NCBI GenBank assembly: GCA_963753345.1
Contig: CAVWBU010000026.1
Coordinates: 128,001-192,000, forward strand
Length of the DNA stretch: 64,000 bases
Reading direction: 5' to 3'
Source of the DNA: an uncultured Fibrobacterota bacterium
GTDB lineage: Bacteria > Fibrobacterota > Chitinivibrionia > Chitinivibrionales > FEN-1185
The notes beneath the pieces are model-generated. The model did not search any database. It was not told where the DNA came from and saw only the letters and a list, made by a program, of their open reading frames with translations. Of this stretch, positions 59,000 to 64,000 are shown in pieces. The position numbers and the translations under genes were made by a program. How positions within the stretch are numbered: the first letter of the stretch is position 1; every line of letters starts with the position of its first letter.

Positions 59000-59926
59000 A
59001 TGAATACTCCCACCCTTTCCCGCAACGATCCCTGCTACTGCGGCAGCGGAAAAAAGTACAAGAAATGCCATATGCTTGTTGACGGAAAGGACAAATCGCG
59101 TGCCGTAAAGTCAATGGCGCGGCTTGTCAAGATGCCGCAGGAGGTCGAGGGCATGCGCAGGGCGGGCGCGTTTAACGGCGAGCTCATGGATTACCTGCGG
59201 CAGTTCGTGAAGGAGGGCGTGCCGACGCTGGAGCTCGACACTCTCGCCCGCGAATATACCGTACAGCACGGCCACACCCCGGCCTGCCTCAACTACAAGG
59301 GATATCCGAAGTCGATCTGCACGTCGATCAACAACGTCGTGTGCCACGGCATTCCCTCGGAAAAGGAAATACTCAGGTCCGGCGACATCGTTAACGTGGA
59401 CCTTACCACCATTGTGGACGGGTTCCACGGCGATTCGTCGGAAACGTATCTGATAGGCGGCGTGAGCGACGCCGCAAAACACCTGGTGGCCGTAACGGCA
59501 AAAGCGCTGCTGCTCGGAATTGCCGCCTGTAAAGCGGGGAAGGGGCTGCAGGCGATTGCAAGGGCCATAGAGCCGTATGTCCGCTCGCAGGGATGTTCGG
59601 TGGTGCATCAGTATACGGGCCACGGTATCGGAACGAAGTTTCACGAGCATTTTTCCGTGTATCACCACATCGACGCCGAGGCCGACGACGTCGTCTTGCA
59701 GCCGGGAATGACGCTCACGGTGGAGCCCATGATCAATGCCGGTGGCTGGGAGGTGATCACCGATCCGCACGACAAATGGACCGTGCGCACCAGGGACGGG
59801 TCGCTTTCGGCGCAGTTTGAGCACACGGTGCTCGTCACCGACTCGGAACCCGAGATCCTCACCCTCACGCCATCCCAGAAGGCACTGCACGCCGTGGTTT
59901 CCATCCCGGGCGTTGCCATTTCATGA
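59000..59926 (+). CDS. map: Type I methionine aminopeptidase with N-terminal SEC-C motif
   Basis: RNDPCYCGSGKKYKKCH; VVCHGIP, GHGIG, EPMIN, SAQFEHT. Confidence 0.95.
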   Translation: MNTPTLSRNDPCYCGSGKKYKKCHMLVDGKDKSRAVKSMARLVKMPQEVEGMRRAGAFNGELMDYLRQFVKEGVPTLELDTLAREYTVQHGHTPACLNYKGYPKSICTSINNVVCHGIPSEKEILRSGDIVNVDLTTIVDGFHGDSSETYLIGGVSDAAKHLVAVTAKALLLGIAACKAGKGLQAIARAIEPYVRSQGCSVVHQYTGHGIGTKFHEHFSVYHHIDAEADDVVLQPGMTLTVEPMINAGGWEVITDPHDKWTVRTRDGSLSAQFEHTVLVTDSEPEILTLTPSQKALHAVVSIPGVAIS

Positions 59927-61134
59927 AACCCACCCGCCTGTTCGACACCGATGTTCCGCCCCCCACCGAGCGCGTGATTCTGGCCGGGCTGCTCACGAGC
60001 GGCACTGACCCGGAGCTGTTCGAGATTGACATGAAGGAAATGCGGATGCTCTGTGCCACGGCAGGCGCGACCATCGCGCAGGCCGTGGTGCAGCGCCGCG
60101 AGGCGCCGGTGGCTTCCACCTACCTCGGGCCCGGTAAGCTCACGGAGATCTGTTCCCTCATGAAGCTGCATAAATGCAGGACCGTGGTCATCGACGCGCA
60201 GCTGTCGCCCGGCCAGGTGCGGAACATCGAGAAGATCGTGGAGGGGAAGGTGATCGACAGAGGGCAGCTCATCCTCGACATTTTCGCGCGGCACGCCCGC
60301 ACCAACGAGGCGCGCATCCAGGTGGAGCTCGCCCAGATGAAAACGCTGTACCCGCGCCTCACGCACGCATGGACGCATTTTTCGCAGCAGGTGGGCGGCA
60401 TCGGCACCAAGGGGCCGGGAGAGAAACAGCTCGAGGTTGACAGGCGGCTTATCCAGAAAAAAATTTCCGACCTCAACGACCGGCTCAAGGACATCGAAAA
60501 GTCGCGTGCCACGCAGCGCAAGAGCCGGGCGGGTGAGTTCAAGGTGACGCTGGTGGGCTACACCAACGTGGGCAAATCGTGCCTGCTCAATGCGCTGTCG
60601 GGCGCCAGTGTTCTTGTTCAGAACAAGCTCTTCGCAACGCTCGACACCGCCACGAGGCGCACGTTTATCCCGGGCGTGGGCGAGATCGTGCTGTCGGACA
60701 CGGTTGGGTTTTTGCGCAAGCTGCCCCACCACCTTGTCGCCTCGTTCCGGGGGACGCTCGAGGTGGTGAGCCAGGCCGATTTGCTCCTTATTGTGATGGA
60801 CGCGGCAAGCCCGTGGTCTGCGCAGCAGCTCGCAACGGTCAAGGAAGTGCTCGCCGACCTTTCCGCCGACAGGATTCCCCATTTGCTGCTGTTCAACAAG
60901 ATCGATCTTGTTGCCGACCCTGTTGAGCGGAAAAAACTTCTGGTGAACTATCCGGATGCCCTGCTTGTGTCCGCATTATCACAACAGGATATGAAAATGG
61001 TAAAGGAGCGCATTGCGGAAATAATAAGGACCTATAAGAAAGATGCGGCAGCTGCCGACATTGTCGCACGGAAGACAAAGGAGCTGAACAGGGACCCGGA
61101 TGAAGTGATAGGGTTGCCGTGGGACCAAAAGTAG
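59923..61134 (+). CDS. hflX: GTPase HflX
   Basis: LILDIFARHA, GPGEKQLEVDRR, GYTNVGKS, LFATLD, DTVGF, NKID. Confidence 0.96.
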   Translation: MKPTRLFDTDVPPPTERVILAGLLTSGTDPELFEIDMKEMRMLCATAGATIAQAVVQRREAPVASTYLGPGKLTEICSLMKLHKCRTVVIDAQLSPGQVRNIEKIVEGKVIDRGQLILDIFARHARTNEARIQVELAQMKTLYPRLTHAWTHFSQQVGGIGTKGPGEKQLEVDRRLIQKKISDLNDRLKDIEKSRATQRKSRAGEFKVTLVGYTNVGKSCLLNALSGASVLVQNKLFATLDTATRRTFIPGVGEIVLSDTVGFLRKLPHHLVASFRGTLEVVSQADLLLIVMDAASPWSAQQLATVKEVLADLSADRIPHLLLFNKIDLVADPVERKKLLVNYPDALLVSALSQQDMKMVKERIAEIIRTYKKDAAAADIVARKTKELNRDPDEVIGLPWDQK

Positions 61135-61159
61135 ATAATAAATTGCAAATCCATTTAAG

Positions 61160-61616
61160 AGGGGAAGTTTACCCCGTCGGGTACTTCCAAGGGTCGTCCC
61201 CCTTGCTCCGGCCCTACGGTCCTCCGCTACCCCCTCCTGGGCGGCCCCCAAGGAAGTTGATTTGCGAGAAAGATGCCTTGGCTGGGGGGCACCCACGAGA
61301 GACAGTTGTAAGTTGACGGTTGACAGTTGACAGCAGGAATATAAAGGGAACAATCTACATTTCCCCTCTCTACTTGTGGAGAGGGGTGGCCGTGACAGCG
61401 GCCGGGGTGAGGCTACGGTTTGGCGCGAGAAACACTAATTTACAAAAGATATTTCTTCTGCCGCGCGTTAGGTGGACCGGAGGGTGCGCTGGAGCGCATT
61501 GCCGCCTGATCCCTCGCCGAAGGCGGTAGGGACAGGCGGCAACGAGGCGAACAGCCGAGCCCGCAGGGAGAGCCGACCCGACCCCGAGCGAAGTCGAAGG
61601 GGAGGGGAACGCCCAA
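61160..61616. repeat. Composite repeat: family B(+) 61160-61302, 7-mer GTTGACR tandem, family C hairpin 61361-61412, family A(-) 61420-61616
   Basis: Direct comparison with the other copies. Confidence 0.82.
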
Positions 61617-61640
61617 ATCTTTCCTAATTGACAAGAAGCC

Positions 61641-62537
61641 ATGGAAAAACAAATCTCATTTCTAAAGCCCGAGCAGCTCGCCCCGATAAGAAGCCTCACG
61701 CTGCGGACCAAGGCCATCGTGGAGGGCACCATGGCCGGGCTGCACAAGAGCCCGTACCACGGCTTCTCCGCGCAGTTTCTCGAATACCGGCCGTATCTTT
61801 CCGGCGAGGCGGCGCGCCTCATTGACTGGCGCAAATACGCCAAGACGGGCCGGACGGTGGTGCGGCTGTATGAAGACGAGACCAATCTGGTCGCCTGGAT
61901 CCTTCTTGACAAAAGCGGTTCCATGGGGTTTTCTTCAGCGAAGGGCATGAGCAAGTGGGAGTACGGCCGGACGCTCGCCGCGTCGCTGGCGTGGATCCTT
62001 GTGCGCCAGCGCGATGCAGTGGGTTTGTTCGCCTTTGACAACGGGCAGCGTCTTATGGTGCCGCCGCGCTCCACCAACCTGCAGCTCACCACAATCCTGT
62101 CGCGCCTGTCCGGGCTGGAGCCGGGCGGCGCCACAGACTGCGGTAATTCCATGGAGCATCTCGCGGTGGGGATAACAAGACGGGGCCTGTGCATCGTGAT
62201 TTCGGACCTGTTCGACGATCCCGCGGCCGTGATCCGCGGCCTGCGGCATCTTCGGTTCAAGCGCCAGGACGTGATGGTGTTATGGGTGCTCGATCCCCTG
62301 GAAAACGAGTTCGTGAATGCTGGCGCCCTTGACGTCCGCGACCTTGAGACCGGCGCCAGGGTGGCGGTGGACGGTCTCACGGCCTCGGAGTTTTTTTCCG
62401 GCGGGGTCCTGCGGCACCGCCGCGAAATCGAAGACGCCTGCAGGTCGCTTGCAATCGGGTTTGAGCGCGTGGTGACCAACGAACCGTTCCAGAAGGCGCT
62501 CCTGCGCGTTCTTCAGAAGCGGAGGCGGATGTATTGA
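61641..62537 (+). CDS. DUF58 domain protein (vWA-like; usually MoxR-associated)
   Basis: GLHKSPYHGFS.QF.EYRPY, IDW, LLDKSGSM, DAVGL, VISD. Confidence 0.92.
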   Translation: MEKQISFLKPEQLAPIRSLTLRTKAIVEGTMAGLHKSPYHGFSAQFLEYRPYLSGEAARLIDWRKYAKTGRTVVRLYEDETNLVAWILLDKSGSMGFSSAKGMSKWEYGRTLAASLAWILVRQRDAVGLFAFDNGQRLMVPPRSTNLQLTTILSRLSGLEPGGATDCGNSMEHLAVGITRRGLCIVISDLFDDPAAVIRGLRHLRFKRQDVMVLWVLDPLENEFVNAGALDVRDLETGARVAVDGLTASEFFSGGVLRHRREIEDACRSLAIGFERVVTNEPFQKALLRVLQKRRRMY

Positions 62538-64000
62538 ACGGGATCGCGTTTGTCCATCCGGAATTCCTGTGGGGGCTTGCGGCATGCGCAATTCCGGTGC
62601 TCGTGCATTTCCTCAACCGCAGGCGCCTCCGGCGTCTCGATTTTTCCACGCTCCGGTTTTTCCCCCAGGCCGCGGTCCGGACAAGCAGGATGCGGCAGAT
62701 CAAGCGCCTGCTGCTTCTGCTCGCCAGGCTTGCGCTGATCGTGATTCTCGTCATGATCTTTTCGCGGCCGTATTCCACCCGCGACCCGTTCGCGGTCCTG
62801 CACAACCCTGACGCGTCGGTATTCGCGTTTGTCGATCCCACGGTGAGCATGAACTACCGCGACAACGGCGCGCCGCTGTGGCGCGCCGGCTTCGGGCTCC
62901 TTGACACGCTCGACAGGGTTCTGCCGCCCGGTGCGAAGCGGTTCGTCTACAGCGCGGAGCGCGCCGAATTTGTGCCGGCGAAGAAATTCGGCACGCCTCC
63001 GGGCGCGTTCACCAGGCACGGCCCGGCGCCGCTGCACGAAATGTTTTCGGCGCTCTCCTTGGCGGCCGGCCGCACCGGCGGTAGGCCGCTGCTCGTTGTT
63101 GTTTCCGATTTTCAGGAGAACGTGAGCCTGGTGCTCGACACGCTGCTTGCGCGATGCGACGTGCCCGTGCTCTGCGCGAGCGTTGCGCCCGCGTCGCCGT
63201 GGAACTTCGGGGTGCGGGACGTGATAGCATCTGCCGCAAACCGGTCGGCGGTGGCCGCGCGGATCTCGTGCAGCGGCAGGGAGCTGCGCAACGCGGGCGT
63301 GACCGTCACCGCGGCAGGTTTGCGCGTGGGCCATGCTGTTGCAAACGCCGTACCCGGGCAGAGCGTGACGGTGCCGGTGGCCGTGACGGCCGATGGTGCG
63401 AAACCGGGCCAGGCCGCGGCCCTGGATTGCGACGATCCGTTTCCCGATGACAATGTATTCTATTTTGTCCAGGGCGCCGGCGCGGCCCTTCGGGTGCTTA
63501 TCGTGGGAGAACCGCGAGAGTGTTTCCCGGTGTCGGCCGCTTTCTCGGCGCTGGGCGCCCGCCAATGGGACCCGGTGGTGCGGCCGGGCCGTTTGGTTTC
63601 CTGGGACGACGTCGATTCCGCGGCGCTGGTGGTGCTGTGCGGCGTCCGCCAGCTCTCGCCGCCCCTGGCCGCGTTTGCGGCCGGCGCGTCGCAGGGGAAA
63701 AAAGCCGTGCTGTTTTCGCCGGTGGTCGACAGCGCAAATCCATCGGCAAACGACGCGCTGCTTCCCGGCAAGGGCCGGGCCGCGGCAAAACTCAAGCCGG
63801 TGTTCGAAACGCGGCAGCACAGCCTTGTGCTTCCCGACACGGTGTCGCCCCTCTTCGGGGGCTTCCGGCGCCTGAGGGACGCCGACGTCCAGATTCACGA
63901 CTACTGCACGGGCCTTTTTGGAACCGTGCTTGCGCGGCTGGACAACGCCGTTCCCTTTGCGACGCACCTTATTGACACAATGGGAAACTCGTGGGTGATG
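62534..64000 (+). CDS. BatA domain-containing protein, partial (runs off the window edge)
   Basis: Manual translation from TTG 62534: MNGIAFVHPEFLWGLAACAIPVLVHFLNRRR...FSTLRF...LLLLLARL...FSRP, then vWA-like DPTVSM. Confidence 0.85.
   Translation, partial: MNGIAFVHPEFLWGLAACAIPVLVHFLNRRRLRRLDFSTLRFFPQAAVRTSRMRQIKRLLLLLARLALIVILVMIFSRPYSTRDPFAVLHNPDASVFAFVDPTVSMNYRDNGAPLWRAGFGLLDTLDRVLPPGAKRFVYSAERAEFVPAKKFGTPPGAFTRHGPAPLHEMFSALSLAAGRTGGRPLLVVVSDFQENVSLVLDTLLARCDVPVLCASVAPASPWNFGVRDVIASAANRSAVAARISCSGRELRNAGVTVTAAGLRVGHAVANAVPGQSVTVPVAVTADGAKPGQAAALDCDDPFPDDNVFYFVQGAGAALRVLIVGEPRECFPVSAAFSALGARQWDPVVRPGRLVSWDDVDSAALVVLCGVRQLSPPLAAFAAGASQGKKAVLFSPVVDSANPSANDALLPGKGRAAAKLKPVFETRQHSLVLPDTVSPLFGGFRRLRDADVQIHDYCTGLFGTVLARLDNAVPFATHLIDTMGNSWVM

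Noticed and set aside
1803-63975. Many long antisense or alternate-frame ORFs (e.g. 12975-14369, 19212-20906, 48181-49992, 53695-55446, 62513-63967)
   Set aside because: Shadow ORFs expected in GC-rich coding DNA; Arg/Gly/Ala-rich, no motifs, and they overlap well-supported genes

Overview
A GC-rich bacterial chromosomal segment. Three secreted proteins with T9SS/FlgD-like C-terminal tails, spoVG, a PSP1 gene and a DUF6057/TolB pair suggest an FCB-group organism, possibly Fibrobacterota (inference). Most of the window is housekeeping: an envelope/glycosyltransferase cluster, PBP-era-LpoA-like-ftsX-envC, holB-PSP1-metG-recJ-argH, uvrA, argF, spoVG-tRNA-Gln-rplY-pth-rpsF-rpsR-rplI-dapA-dapB, rsmE, map-hflX and DUF58-BatA. 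Six things stand out. (1) Intergenic spacers hold dispersed structured repeats: family A (7 copies, about 190 bp) and family B (5 copies plus a variant). At four loci they pair tail-to-tail into a 390-470 bp composite with 7/8-mer microsatellites between them, and these composites bracket gene blocks as inverted or direct repeats. (2) An AT-rich island carries duplicated lipoproteins and a PIN-GNAT-EVE/PUA + ASCH operon, a candidate defence or TA system. (3) A second AT-rich island carries a decayed P-loop ATPase-PD-(D/E)xK nuclease gene and two orphan antitoxin-like genes. (4) A kinase-less operon encodes a KaiC-like ATPase, two small membrane proteins and two stand-alone receiver domains. 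(5) An antisense copy of the tRNA-Gln 3' end lies directly after its CCA. (6) Single-base frameshifts interrupt GT9, recJ and a BrnA-like gene, and may be assembly errors. No CRISPR array, rRNA, transposase or integrase was seen. All family assignments come from motif recognition, not database searches.
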